A stretch of 55,665 nucleotides of DNA from an uncultured virus (IMG/VR IMGVR_UViG_3300037520_001345) (IMGVR_UViG_3300037520_001345), one strand, 5' to 3'. Shown: positions 1 to 10,461, counted from the stretch's first letter. The notes: generated from the sequence alone by a model not told the origin. Numbers and translations: made by a program.

Positions 1-3000
1 CTGATATTAGCAAGTCTTGTTTCAGCTTCTATAACAGTTCTCATTGGTGCGCCAGAAACTCTTAATCTTAAAATATCTGCTTCATATGCTCTTGTAGCAG
101 CTTCTACACTAATTTGTCCTCCTCTACGCAAGATATTGGCTGAGTCCGAAGACCTAACTCCTAATTCTTCTAGGGCATCTATCATCTGACCAAGACCTGT
201 TACCACGCCGTCCGGAATGCGTAAATTCTCAAAAGAAGCTTGTGCTCCCGGTCTAGCTGGAACTCTTGGACCACCACCAAAGAAAAATCTTTGTACGGCA
301 CCTCCAGCAGCGAAATTCTGTACGGTTCCTACCGGACCTCCTTTGTTAAATCCTTTAATTTTATCTGCTCTATTAAGAGTATGTAATCTACTAGATCCTA
401 AACTACTAGCAGCTTTTTTATTAATTACAAACTCACCCGGAGTTAATAAAGCAGGAACAGTGTCTTGAACGGATCCTCCAGTAGCATACTGCTGAACATT
501 AGCCCAAAGATTATGTCTCCCCATTAAATCTACGTATTTTGCTGTATTTACTCTAAATTTAGAACGAGGAGAAAGCATGAATTCGTTTTCTTCATTGGGT
601 TGTTTCATGAAGAACGTTTCGGTTTTGCCTGTTCTTGGATTAATATCTTGTTTGGTTACATTAATTTTACGATCTTTTAATTGTTCGGCAACATCTACTC
701 CTTGAGCATTCTTTTTTGTTTTTACAGTAAGCATAGCTGCCCAATTATCTTTTGCTCTTGGAGCATTATCTAAGAATGATTTGGCAACTGCGTAGTTTTT
801 ACTTGTAGAAATGAATCCCGGAAGACTAAAAGTTTTACCAATAATTTTAGCTACTTCTGGAGCATAATATGCTTGTTTAGCATTAAATTTGGTTCCTTGT
901 GGAATATCTGGATTTTTATTTAATCCAGTATCCATAGCAAATTTATCAAATGCATTACGAGATATTGAAGTATATAATTCCTCTGGTGCTTCTGTGCGAA
1001 GTTTACGTAAATTTCTAACATCTGAAGCTAATTGTTTTCTGTCCTCTTTATTTAATGATTTGCTATTAGACAAACCAAGATTAATTGGAGTAGCGTCTGT
1101 GTAGTATCTTTCTAGTGTGTCTAAAGGTTTTGATAAGCCTCCAGAAGCAAATTTTTGAACTACTCCTCCAAGATTATATCCTTTAACATTTTTAAGATAA
1201 GTAACAATATTATCCTCTACTGTTGATGGACCACTAATTGTTCTTTTTGCATCAGTGGGGATGTTTCCTGGTATATTAAAATATTTAGCTGCTCCCTTAA
1301 GTCCATTAGGAAAATCTAAACCTTGGCCTTTTAGAGCTGATGGTCCTCCTAATTGTTCGATCATTCTTTCAAAGATAACTCCTTGGGCTGTAGCATCAGC
1401 ATTAGTATTTTTTATACTTTTTCTATTACCATACCTATATGACGTAATTCCTTCTGTTGATCTAGCTTTGGCCGCTTTCACATTTCTAACATCATCATCA
1501 ACAAATACTGATCCTGGACTAAGTAATTCCGCTTTAAGTTTAGCTATTTGAGAACCAGAAACTCCTGGACCTCCCAATCCCTTGAATTGAGATAATGGAA
1601 TAGGTAATCCTTGAGAAGATAACCACTGATGAACAAGGTCTAATGTTGATGATGGACGAGCTGTAATTAGTCTTAGACTACTAAGTAATTCAGGTTTTTT
1701 AGAAACCATGCCAACTAATTCTCTACCTAATAAACTAAGCTTTGCTCCTTTAAGAGCGGCTGCTACTTTAGTTCTATCTCCAAACTCAGCAAACTTTGGA
1801 GTTTTTGGATCAGCCAACACTTTATCTGCTCCAAAAGCTAATGTTCTGTCAAAATCCAAATTCAATTCTCTACCAAGACCAAGATTAGATAAAATATCAG
1901 CCACCATTACTTTTTTAGCAGCTTGTTTGGCAGTTTTGTTAACAGAGGAAGAAAAAGACTGGTCCAGAGAAGCTGCTGTATCTGGATTCATAAGTCCACT
2001 AACAATCCTCACACTCACCGGAGATTTTAATAAATTAGAATTAATAGTCTTATTAATAGGAGCAAATGCGGATCCCATCATACCAGCAGCGCCAAATACT
2101 AGTCCTTTGGATTCTGCTCTGGTGGTTTTAGCCTTTTGTGCTCCAGATAATCTATTTTGTTGTTTAGTAAATTCTGCAAAAATAGCTTTTTTACTTGCTT
2201 CCTGTTCTGGTGTTAATTTTTGTTTTTTAAGTAAAGTATATACATCTGTTGAAGATATTCCACCAGCAGCCGCAGCTTTTTGTGCTCCTAATACCCTGAG
2301 TATTTCCGAGGCAGTTGCTGGCTTGCCACCTGTAGCAGACACTGCTCCTGCTTCAGCGAATGCTCTTATAGAACCACCATTGGCAAAAGTATTTCCTAAA
2401 TCCTGAGCTAAAGATTTACGAATACCTGGTGTAGTAGTTCTTACTTTTGTTTTAAGAACTCCTTTGTCTAACAAGGTCTTAAAAACATCAGTTCCTGAAA
2501 ATTTTCTAGGAATAGTTAAGGTTTGTTTTTCAGCTAATGGTGACCATAGATCTAATGAATCTAAAAATGGTTTAATATAATTTGGCAAGATAAAATCTAG
2601 TTGAGAATCTTTTTGAATAAGTGAAGGAGCTGCTCTTAATCCGGATAAGAAAACATTTTTTAAAGGCAGTAATTGGTTTCTTCTAGATAATTTATTATAA
2701 AGTAACGAAGGAATACCTCCTCTACCAAATAGTTGTTCTGGTGATCTTGGATTAACATAATTAAGGATTTCAGAAAGAGCAACTCCTTTATTTGATCCGC
2801 CTCTTCTCCATTGTTCATTCCAAACTGCTGGGAGATACGGAGCAAAGTCAATTTGTCTTTCTGCTCCTAACGCTGCGTAAGACTGGCTGTATCCATAGGA
2901 TCTTGCTAGTTTTGCTTGTTTTGGAGATAATGCTATTTTAGGACCTATATGAGTTCTATGAGTAGTTAACTCATTATTTGTTTGTGTTTCAGGGCTTCCT

Positions 3001-4772
3001 CCTACACTAAATTTCTGGACAGGTCCTCTGCCAATACTAGATCTCTGAATGGATATTGGTCCGCCAGCATTTCTATTCAAAGCCTGTAATTTACCAACGC
3101 CAATAGCTTCTACAGCTTTTTTACGAATTACAAATTCTCCTGGAGTCAATCTTGCTGGTACAGTGTCGCTGTTTCCGGAACCGGGAACATAACCACCAGT
3201 AGCAAATCTTCTGGTTTGTGTAGCTGGAGTGCCTCTAAGTCCTCCAGCAAATCCAGTAGCAAATTGCGTAATACCACTAATACCTTTGAATGCGGCCATC
3301 AAACCTACTAATGGTAGCACTCCTTTGGTTGCGTCAGCAACTTTTATTAAAGCACTAGCTAAATCCAAACCTAGTGTAATCATTGTACGGAAACTATCTG
3401 TTTCTCCGATACTTCGTATTAGTGCTGCAAACTCTTCTCTCACTTTTTGAATTTGTACTGCTAATGCTAATTGTCCTTTAGCTGCGTCAGTCGCCAAAGA
3501 TCCTTGTCCAGCTTGAGCAACCGCTAATGCTTCTTGAGCAGTGGCGAATTGTTGAATAAGTGGTAACACTTTACCTATTTGTCTAAAACCTCCAAGCTCT
3601 TCAACTATCTGTGAGAATTTTAAATCTCTTGGATCTAATCTTCCTAAGCCCTCTGCTAATCTTTGTACGGCTACGAATGGTCCTACGAACTTACCTTCAA
3701 GGTCTGTAAGTACAACTCCGAATTCTTTTAGAGCGTCTATAGTTTCTGCTCTTTGAATTCTAGTAAAAATAGTTCTTAAACCTGTTGCAATAGTTTCTGC
3801 GCTTTCACGAGTAGTAGCTCTAATACTGGTAAAAATTGCTAAGAATTCATTTAAAGCATCTGTGCCTTCACTAACTCCGCGACTAGCTGATGCGAACACA
3901 CCACCGGTTCTTTGAATAGCTGTAATAAGGTCAGAAGCTTCAACGGCAAATTTAGCAGCAACTGAGTTTATGGAGCCTAGTGCTCCTTCTAAATCCCCTG
4001 CGCTAATACCGAACTGTCTCATCAATGCGATACTACCTTCTACGGTATCATTTAATTGATCGAAAGATGGGGCCAAAGCACTAAGAGCTAACGCTTTTAA
4101 AGCTTTGGATGTATCCTGTGCACTTAAACCAGCCTGAGCAAGCGTGACTGATACATTAGCTAGCTCTGATGAACTAACGCCAAGAGATGTAGCCAAACTA
4201 GTAATATTATTGGTAAGGCCCGTAAGTCCTGATCGACTCTCTTCTGTTACCTGTGATAATCTTGTTAATTGTTTATCAAATTCTATATACGCTTTTAATC
4301 CACTATTAATAGCATTAGTAAACGAATAAATAATACCTGTCGTTGCAGCAAAAGCTGAGAATCTTCTAACAGCTAATCCTGCTTGTCTACCGAAATTAGT
4401 AATTTCACCAGTTGCTGTTTCTATAGTTGTTCCAATCGGTCTAGCAGCGTCTCCTATAGAAGCTAGTGTTCCTGGCATATTGACTAAAGCTGGTGGCGGT
4501 CTAAGACTAGAAGCAGAAGTCATTGATGCTACTAATGCATTAATGGCATTGGCAGCACTGGTAGCATTAACAGTAGTAGTTTGTAATGTGGTGTTTAGTC
4601 TTACTAGTGCCGTATTAAGTGCTGTAGAATTACGTACCGCAGCAGGATTTACAACAATATTAACATTAGCATCAATAGTACCTATTTGTCTTCTAATATT
4701 AGCTACAACAGCTCTAATATTAGCAGGACCTCTTAGGTTAAGTTGTGCAGTAAGGTTAAAAGTACTAGCCAT
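1..4772 (-). CDS. Tape measure protein, multidomain (3' end beyond window; >1,590 aa)
   Basis: Manual translation from ATG 4772 (MASTFNLTAQLNLRGP...) stays open to position 1. N-terminal part has typical TMP core (EFDKQLTRLSQVT...LAQAGLSAQDT...ESAETIATGLRTIFTRIQ); two DTVPAxLTPGEFVI motifs; lies downstream of tail genes. Confidence 0.9.
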   Translation of the reverse strand, partial: MASTFNLTAQLNLRGPANIRAVVANIRRQIGTIDANVNIVVNPAAVRNSTALNTALVRLNTTLQTTTVNATSAANAINALVASMTSASSLRPPPALVNMPGTLASIGDAARPIGTTIETATGEITNFGRQAGLAVRRFSAFAATTGIIYSFTNAINSGLKAYIEFDKQLTRLSQVTEESRSGLTGLTNNITSLATSLGVSSSELANVSVTLAQAGLSAQDTSKALKALALSALAPSFDQLNDTVEGSIALMRQFGISAGDLEGALGSINSVAAKFAVEASDLITAIQRTGGVFASASRGVSEGTDALNEFLAIFTSIRATTRESAETIATGLRTIFTRIQRAETIDALKEFGVVLTDLEGKFVGPFVAVQRLAEGLGRLDPRDLKFSQIVEELGGFRQIGKVLPLIQQFATAQEALAVAQAGQGSLATDAAKGQLALAVQIQKVREEFAALIRSIGETDSFRTMITLGLDLASALIKVADATKGVLPLVGLMAAFKGISGITQFATGFAGGLRGTPATQTRRFATGGYVPGSGNSDTVPARLTPGEFVIRKKAVEAIGVGKLQALNRNAGGPISIQRSSIGRGPVQKFSVGGSPETQTNNELTTHRTHIGPKIALSPKQAKLARSYGYSQSYAALGAERQIDFAPYLPAVWNEQWRRGGSNKGVALSEILNYVNPRSPEQLFGRGGIPSLLYNKLSRRNQLLPLKNVFLSGLRAAPSLIQKDSQLDFILPNYIKPFLDSLDLWSPLAEKQTLTIPRKFSGTDVFKTLLDKGVLKTKVRTTTPGIRKSLAQDLGNTFANGGSIRAFAEAGAVSATGGKPATASEILRVLGAQKAAAAGGISSTDVYTLLKKQKLTPEQEASKKAIFAEFTKQQNRLSGAQKAKTTRAESKGLVFGAAGMMGSAFAPINKTINSNLLKSPVSVRIVSGLMNPDTAASLDQSFSSSVNKTAKQAAKKVMVADILSNLGLGRELNLDFDRTLAFGADKVLADPKTPKFAEFGDRTKVAAALKGAKLSLLGRELVGMVSKKPELLSSLRLITARPSSTLDLVHQWLSSQGLPIPLSQFKGLGGPGVSGSQIAKLKAELLSPGSVFVDDDVRNVKAAKARSTEGITSYRYGNRKSIKNTNADATAQGVIFERMIEQLGGPSALKGQGLDFPNGLKGAAKYFNIPGNIPTDAKRTISGPSTVEDNIVTYLKNVKGYNLGGVVQKFASGGLSKPLDTLERYYTDATPINLGLSNSKSLNKEDRKQLASDVRNLRKLRTEAPEELYTSISRNAFDKFAMDTGLNKNPDIPQGTKFNAKQAYYAPEVAKIIGKTFSLPGFISTSKNYAVAKSFLDNAPRAKDNWAAMLTVKTKKNAQGVDVAEQLKDRKINVTKQDINPRTGKTETFFMKQPNEENEFMLSPRSKFRVNTAKYVDLMGRHNLWANVQQYATGGSVQDTVPALLTPGEFVINKKAASSLGSSRLHTLNRADKIKGFNKGGPVGTVQNFAAGGAVQRFFFGGGPRVPARPGAQASFENLRIPDGVVTGLGQMIDALEELGVRSSDSANILRRGGQISVEAATRAYEADILRLRVSGAPMRTVIEAETRLANI

Positions 4773-4861
4773 GCTTAATTACTCCATAAAAACAACAACA
4801 CCATGTAACTAAATAGAAACATGGTGTCATTATTATATAAGACAATAAATGAAGAATAATC

Positions 4862-5746
4862 TTAGGATTCTTTGACTGTGTTGTCAGCAACAGGTTGTTG
4901 AACAACGGGCTCTGGGTCTTTTGGTGCTTCATTAGTTTTCTTGTCTTCTTCTGTGGGGATAACTGGTTTTCCATCATCATCAAAAAACGGTTGTGCATCA
5001 ACTATGTATTCTCCAGTCTCGCTCATCTTATTACCAAATCTATCTACAAAATTTCCTTCTTCGTCTATGTATCTTCCTCTGTCATCAACAAGCCTACCAT
5101 CAGCATCAATCAACCTACCCTTTTTGTCTATAAGTCTTAATTCACTATTAACAAACTTATATTTATGTAAAAATTTATTTTCTGGTAAATTCTTTTCAAA
5201 GTCATTATCCAATCCGTAGAGCATATTAGCCAAATTTTGAGCACCTAGCATAGCTACAGGGTCATCTGCTCTATTTAGGTAATCTTCTAAATTATTAAAA
5301 TATTTATCATTAGTATCTTTATACACCACACATACGGATACAAGATAATTGAATCTTGCATTATCTGCTTGACCTTCTGCACTATGGTTGTCTAAAGATG
5401 TTCTAACACTGATCAGATCTCTGATATCTTCTCTAAGTTTTTTCATTCTCAAAGCTAATTCTCTAGCTTCTCTTAAAGAGATACCTCCTTTAGCTAACTT
5501 TTTCTCTCCTTCCAATAATTCTTTCTGTAATTCTGTAAACTTAGCCTGTTTTTCATCATTCCATAGTCCCTGGTCTTTGAGCAAGTCATCTAGCTTGGCT
5601 CTTACCACGCTCTTGGACTTAATAGCGTCTGTAAAGGCTTGATTATAAATTTTTTGAGCTTCTCTCTGATCATTTAAAGATGGGCTTTTAGCAGTAAGCC
5701 AGATTTCTTTATTGTCTACAACGGCACTAAAAGTTCTAGTATTCAT
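4862..5746 (-). CDS. Hypothetical protein, possible tail assembly chaperone
   Basis: 294-aa ORF with coiled-coil segment directly upstream of TMP; role from position only. Confidence 0.45.
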   Translation of the reverse strand: MNTRTFSAVVDNKEIWLTAKSPSLNDQREAQKIYNQAFTDAIKSKSVVRAKLDDLLKDQGLWNDEKQAKFTELQKELLEGEKKLAKGGISLREARELALRMKKLREDIRDLISVRTSLDNHSAEGQADNARFNYLVSVCVVYKDTNDKYFNNLEDYLNRADDPVAMLGAQNLANMLYGLDNDFEKNLPENKFLHKYKFVNSELRLIDKKGRLIDADGRLVDDRGRYIDEEGNFVDRFGNKMSETGEYIVDAQPFFDDDGKPVIPTEEDKKTNEAPKDPEPVVQQPVADNTVKES

Positions 5747-6051
5747 TCCTGATTCTCCTGGGGATTATTAACGTGAAATTTATAGGTATATTTAGTTTGT
5801 AGTTTATCATTTAACACTTTTTTCAAATCATTAACCATGGCTCTAATTTGTTTATTGCCATGATCTAGAATTCTGTTCCGAGTATCTGTCCAAATATTTT
5901 CGTATTCTATTTCTCTTTCTGTGAGTGGTTGATCATAGTTTTTATTATGTCCCCACAAATTTCCAAAAGCATCCTCAAATCTGGCCAAAGAGCCTATCAT
6001 TGTGGTTTCAAGTTTTTTAGTTGCTAGATATAGTATATAGTCTTTATCCAT
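5743..6051 (-). CDS. Hypothetical protein
   Basis: 102-aa ORF overlapping the next gene by 4 nt in the tail operon. Confidence 0.75.
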   Translation of the reverse strand: MDKDYILYLATKKLETTMIGSLARFEDAFGNLWGHNKNYDQPLTEREIEYENIWTDTRNRILDHGNKQIRAMVNDLKKVLNDKLQTKYTYKFHVNNPQENQE

Positions 6052-6053
6052 AA

Positions 6054-7079
6054 TTATCCTCTACTGTTTCTTTTTAGCATTAGGTCTTGTTGAACATCCG
6101 GTAATCTAAACTCGTCTAATCCTTCTTGTGCCTTGGCTATGGCTCCAGCTCTTTGCTTGATTATACTTCTTGATTGTCCGGTATTCATACTATACACAGA
6201 ATTTGCATCATTTGGGTCGCTAACTATAAAAATTTCTTTTGCATTCTTATGTTTATTCACTAAATCTTTAGCATTATTTTCTTTTTTCTTTTCTTCATTC
6301 TTTTTCTTCTGATCTATCATCCATCCATCTAACATATCATCATCATTGACTACTGATTCATCTGGACATTCTGGATGTTCATATATACGATCATACATTA
6401 AGCTAATATTAATTAGTGTTTTTTGTTCATCAGTATAGAGACATGCTGGGCCGGTAAAAAGGTGGTTTTTATTGCTATTCCAAATATTTTTCCAATATTC
6501 ATGTTTTGCTATAGTCTTATACTGTTCAATAGAGATAAAGCTTTCACTAATATTAGTGCTAATAGCAAAAAATAATTTAGTATCTATATTTGCAGCATCA
6601 GAAAAAATTAACTGATTATTTAATCCGTACGTGTTATGTACTATTAGATATTCATTTTTTCTAATATTAGCGTAATCTTCTAGAGTTAAATAGTCTAAAC
6701 TGTGTTTACGGTTTAGTAATTTATCTAAAAACTGTTTTTTCTCTGTTAAATCTTGTCTGATATTTTTGGTTTTTTCTGCTAATAATCTATTGGTATATAA
6801 ATTATGTTTTAGTGTTTCTATTTTTTTTTCTGTATCTGTTAGCATAATATCGTCATCATTATCCCATAATCCTACATATTTTAATATATTTAGAATATTT
6901 TCTTTTCTAAACCATGTGTCATATTTATTATCTTCTATAACAGATTCATAGAATAGTTCTGCTTCATACTTTTGATCAGCGTTCGGAGCATGTACTGTGT
7001 ATCTGATATCATTAATAGTAATATATAATTTACCAGAAATAATTCTATGTACTAATAATGGAATATTATCCTTCTGCAT
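6054..7079 (-). CDS. Hypothetical protein (tail region)
   Basis: 341-aa ORF tightly packed in operon. Confidence 0.75.
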   Translation of the reverse strand: MQKDNIPLLVHRIISGKLYITINDIRYTVHAPNADQKYEAELFYESVIEDNKYDTWFRKENILNILKYVGLWDNDDDIMLTDTEKKIETLKHNLYTNRLLAEKTKNIRQDLTEKKQFLDKLLNRKHSLDYLTLEDYANIRKNEYLIVHNTYGLNNQLIFSDAANIDTKLFFAISTNISESFISIEQYKTIAKHEYWKNIWNSNKNHLFTGPACLYTDEQKTLINISLMYDRIYEHPECPDESVVNDDDMLDGWMIDQKKKNEEKKKENNAKDLVNKHKNAKEIFIVSDPNDANSVYSMNTGQSRSIIKQRAGAIAKAQEGLDEFRLPDVQQDLMLKRNSRG

Positions 7080-7224
7080 GTCCTAGAGATTCTTTATGTT
7101 GATATTCCTGAATAATCTTATCTTTTTCTTTAAGCTTCATCTGAAGACCTTCTATAATCTTCTGAGCATTCGTGATATCAATATAGAGTTTTCCTATAAT
7201 AGTAAATATATAATCTTGATCCAT
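7066..7224 (-). CDS. Small coiled-coil hypothetical protein
   Basis: MDQDYIFTIIGKLY... start preceded by AGGAGG; coiled-coil pattern. Confidence 0.6.
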   Translation of the reverse strand: MDQDYIFTIIGKLYIDITNAQKIIEGLQMKLKEKDKIIQEYQHKESLGHAEG

Positions 7225-7247
7225 TAGTGTCCTCCTTAATAGTTCCT

Positions 7248-7270
7248 GCGCCATAAACAACTTATGGCGC
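7248..7270 (-). terminator. Hairpin after major tail gene
   Basis: GCGCCATAA-ACAAC-TTATGGCGC perfect inverted repeat; no clear U-tract. Confidence 0.45.
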
Positions 7271-7294
7271 TTATGTCTCTCTGCCGATTACTTA

Positions 7295-8329
7295 TCAGGC
7301 AACACCACTGACCTTAAAGTCATTGAATGTTTGATAGCTATAAGTAATAGTAGAATTACCGCCACCAGTTTCACCACCAGTATAGTTAACGCTGGTTAGT
7401 TTATTTCTGGTACCTAAATCGAATACATAATCAACACTATTGGTGTTGGAGCTGCATACAAAAATCTTAATTTGTTTAGCTGTAAGATTACTTGCAGAAG
7501 CAGCTGTACAACCAGTTAGTGTTCCGAAATCGTCAGCGTCAACTTGATCTCCGCGAGTAGCTGTAATTTCAAATTCTGATGTTACTTCTACTGGGAAATT
7601 AACATAACGATAGTAAGGAGATCTTCTACCAAGCTCGTTGATAGATTCTCTTCCAAGATTGCAACTTAGAGTAATACTATTAATATGTAATTCGCCAACT
7701 GTGCTTGGAAGATTATTATCGCCTGTTGGTAAAATAGACAAGTCTTTATTGAAAGCACTACGTCTTGCAACCTTAGTGGTCTGTGAACCATTGTCTGTAA
7801 CACCAGAGTTAAAGTTCTTGATACCAGAACCAGTAGTGAGACTCCACTTTTTATGATTACCAACCAAAGTTACATCTTCTGTAAAGTTTCCGTCTGTTAC
7901 TAGGTTATAAGAAACACTAGAAACATACATACCTGTGCAAACCACATAATATGTAGCTGCTCCGGAAGTTCCAACGTCGGTGTCGTTATAAATACCTAGA
8001 GCAACGTCACATCTACGATCAGCAATTTGGGTAAGTCCAAGATTATTACCTGAACTGTTGGATCCGTCTGTGGCAGTATTATATACGAGTCTTGTTCCGT
8101 CTAGTACTTTATTGAGTGTAACCTCGATATCTGGTACTTCTTCAACGTTGTCATAAAGTTCTAGTTGACCTAACTGGTAAACTTGTTCGAGATTAAAGTT
8201 GGTTGTAATACCAACACTTTGAATACCCTTTAATATAACTTCACTACCATAACTTGTAGACGAAGCATCAGATGTGCATGGCTTCATTTTGACTGCTTGA
8301 ACGGCATAGAATATACGATTGTTGGCCAT
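7295..8329 (-). CDS. Probable major tail (tube) protein
   Basis: 344 aa, Ser/Thr/Gly-rich beta-type composition (GIQSVGITTNFNLEQVYQLG..., RESINELG); sits between neck genes and chaperone/TMP. Confidence 0.65.
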   Translation of the reverse strand: MANNRIFYAVQAVKMKPCTSDASSTSYGSEVILKGIQSVGITTNFNLEQVYQLGQLELYDNVEEVPDIEVTLNKVLDGTRLVYNTATDGSNSSGNNLGLTQIADRRCDVALGIYNDTDVGTSGAATYYVVCTGMYVSSVSYNLVTDGNFTEDVTLVGNHKKWSLTTGSGIKNFNSGVTDNGSQTTKVARRSAFNKDLSILPTGDNNLPSTVGELHINSITLSCNLGRESINELGRRSPYYRYVNFPVEVTSEFEITATRGDQVDADDFGTLTGCTAASASNLTAKQIKIFVCSSNTNSVDYVFDLGTRNKLTSVNYTGGETGGGNSTITYSYQTFNDFKVSGVA

Positions 8330-8351
8330 AATTTTACCCTTGTTAGATTAT

Positions 8352-9305
8352 TTATAGGATGACTTCGACGGTCATTCTAAGCATACACCATATAAGATCA
8401 GAGACCGTATTTTTTTGCTGATCAATTAAATTAATGTCTTTAATATATAGTTTTTTCCAATGAAATGCTGAGTTATTAATAATTTCGCTATAGTTTAATC
8501 CACTAGGATTAATTGATCCATTATATTTTAATGGATATGCATTATCAGAGATTAGTTTTTTAATATCGTACATCACGATATTATTGTCTTTTTGTAATCT
8601 TAAAATATCAACAATTTTATTATTATCATTTAGATTTTCTGAATAAACATGCAATAAAACATCTTGATTCCTATAAGATTTTAGAGAACCAAGTTCGTAT
8701 GGAATGTCGAAAGTATTTGGGGTTGGTTCTATTACAATACAAGGCATCTGTAGTCTATGTTCACCTAAAATATTACTAAGATTTGTTTTAGTAGTATCTG
8801 TTGGTTTATATGTAAGTTGTTGCAATAATTTCCATTCACTATCTACAGACTTGATAACTTGGCACCATCTGTAACTATATGCCATATGAATTTTAGTAGC
8901 ACTAGATAAAGGTTTATCAAAAATTACAGATCCGTTAGGATAATCCAAAGTATATGTAATTGCGCCAGAACCACTTGGAGCAGGATAGAGCGTGTTATTT
9001 ACATAGATTCCGCTAATAGCATTAGGAGTAGAATTATTAAAAGAAACGCCCGACTCCCAGACCCAATCTCTTTTTGGTGTTTGCCAGATAGTATTAGTAT
9101 CTTGTCCTACAGCATTGATTGGTTTCAATCTATCAAATGTAATATTATTATAAAGACCGGAGGTTTGCACATTAACATTGACAAATCCTCCAATATTTAA
9201 CATATTATAATTAATATAAGATTTTAAATTATCTTCTATACTAGAAGTGTAAAAATTTTGATTTAGGCTGGTAACACCATAAAAAGTATTATTACTAATA
9301 TTCAT
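8352..9305 (-). CDS. Virion protein, possible tail terminator/completion
   Basis: 317-aa ORF immediately before the tail tube gene; C-terminal PCIVIE...QDVLLHVYSEN pattern. Confidence 0.45.
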   Translation of the reverse strand: MNISNNTFYGVTSLNQNFYTSSIEDNLKSYINYNMLNIGGFVNVNVQTSGLYNNITFDRLKPINAVGQDTNTIWQTPKRDWVWESGVSFNNSTPNAISGIYVNNTLYPAPSGSGAITYTLDYPNGSVIFDKPLSSATKIHMAYSYRWCQVIKSVDSEWKLLQQLTYKPTDTTKTNLSNILGEHRLQMPCIVIEPTPNTFDIPYELGSLKSYRNQDVLLHVYSENLNDNNKIVDILRLQKDNNIVMYDIKKLISDNAYPLKYNGSINPSGLNYSEIINNSAFHWKKLYIKDINLIDQQKNTVSDLIWCMLRMTVEVIL

Positions 9306-9958
9306 AATTGTTTCTCTATTTCCGTTTGTATGATACTAGTAATTTGTTGTTCTGTTATTTTACCAATACCTCTAGAAAGCCAGTTATTTGTAATAGACCC
9401 GGCAAATTCTCTTGGAACAAACCAGTCTGTATCTGATCTTATCATAAATCCCATACCCGAACGAGATTTGTTAGAATTAAGTTGACTAACATCATATTGT
9501 TTAACGATTCTTTTATTTCCTTCAAGCAATAACCATTTAGCCCAAGGTAAATAATATCCTTTATTATCATAAACCAATGCAGGTTCTGAGGATACTAAAT
9601 TTTGTAATTCGTCTCTATCTAAAAAAGAACATTGAAAACCACCAGATACTGATAATTTATTAACTTGAATTGGTTTTGTTTCAACTTTAAGAGTATTTAA
9701 TACTAAGTCTATAAATTTATCTATAGTATCTATATTTTCTATTCCAAATTCTAGTCTTAATTTGCCATTTTTTAAAGACAAATACTCAGGCTCGTTAGTG
9801 ACTCTTTGTTGAATTAAATTTCTAATATTAGCACGAATATTATTAATACTTTTATTTATAGCTACATCTAATATACTTTTAATATTATTTAGTATAGCTT
9901 CATAAATTTGATTATTACTTTCTAATAAATCTGCTGTGATTCTCATGGCTGAGTCCAA
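9302..9958 (-). CDS. Probable neck/head-tail joining protein
   Basis: 218 aa; PWAKWLLLEG and NNWLSRGI motifs; position. Confidence 0.45.
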   Translation of the reverse strand: MDSAMRITADLLESNNQIYEAILNNIKSILDVAINKSINNIRANIRNLIQQRVTNEPEYLSLKNGKLRLEFGIENIDTIDKFIDLVLNTLKVETKPIQVNKLSVSGGFQCSFLDRDELQNLVSSEPALVYDNKGYYLPWAKWLLLEGNKRIVKQYDVSQLNSNKSRSGMGFMIRSDTDWFVPREFAGSITNNWLSRGIGKITEQQITSIIQTEIEKQL

Positions 9959-10458
9959 TTAGTTAATATATATTTTTTATCTCCTAACCCAATTGGTGTT
10001 GGAAAACCTGCTTTTGAGTATGTTGCAGATACGAATGACTCTGTTTCTACTACCACCATGTTTTTACAAGATAATATATTTGGTAATAAAGAAATATCAC
10101 AAATAGTTTGTGCTGCAATATTTGGAATATTAACATGATTTGGTCCCCAGTTCAACCAATACTTACTATCTAAAATTAAAGCTAGATTAACTACTATATC
10201 AGATGTTGTTTGTGTTTTACCAAATCCTAAACAAGCTGGGCATACTGATCCATCAGCAAAACTAACAGGGCCTGTTCCATTATATTTATTAAAAGATTTT
10301 TGATTTATAGGATCATAAATACAATTTGGACATAACTTATTATTTGTACCATCAAATATTAATTTACATGATGTGCTAAGACCCTCTTTGCTAATCAAAT
10401 GATCTATCATGTCATTGTATATTTGTTTAAACTGTTTAGTAATAATATTATGAAACAT
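9943..10458 (-). CDS. Probable head closure protein with two CxxC motifs
   Basis: CPNC and CPACLGFG motifs; position in neck cluster. Confidence 0.45.
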   Translation of the reverse strand: MFHNIITKQFKQIYNDMIDHLISKEGLSTSCKLIFDGTNNKLCPNCIYDPINQKSFNKYNGTGPVSFADGSVCPACLGFGKTQTTSDIVVNLALILDSKYWLNWGPNHVNIPNIAAQTICDISLLPNILSCKNMVVVETESFVSATYSKAGFPTPIGLGDKKYILTNWTQP

Positions 10459-10461
10459 ATA

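Noticed and set aside
217..4812. Plus-strand ORFs such as 1708..2406 and 4480..4812
   Set aside because: Antisense shadows of the continuous minus-strand tape-measure ORF.
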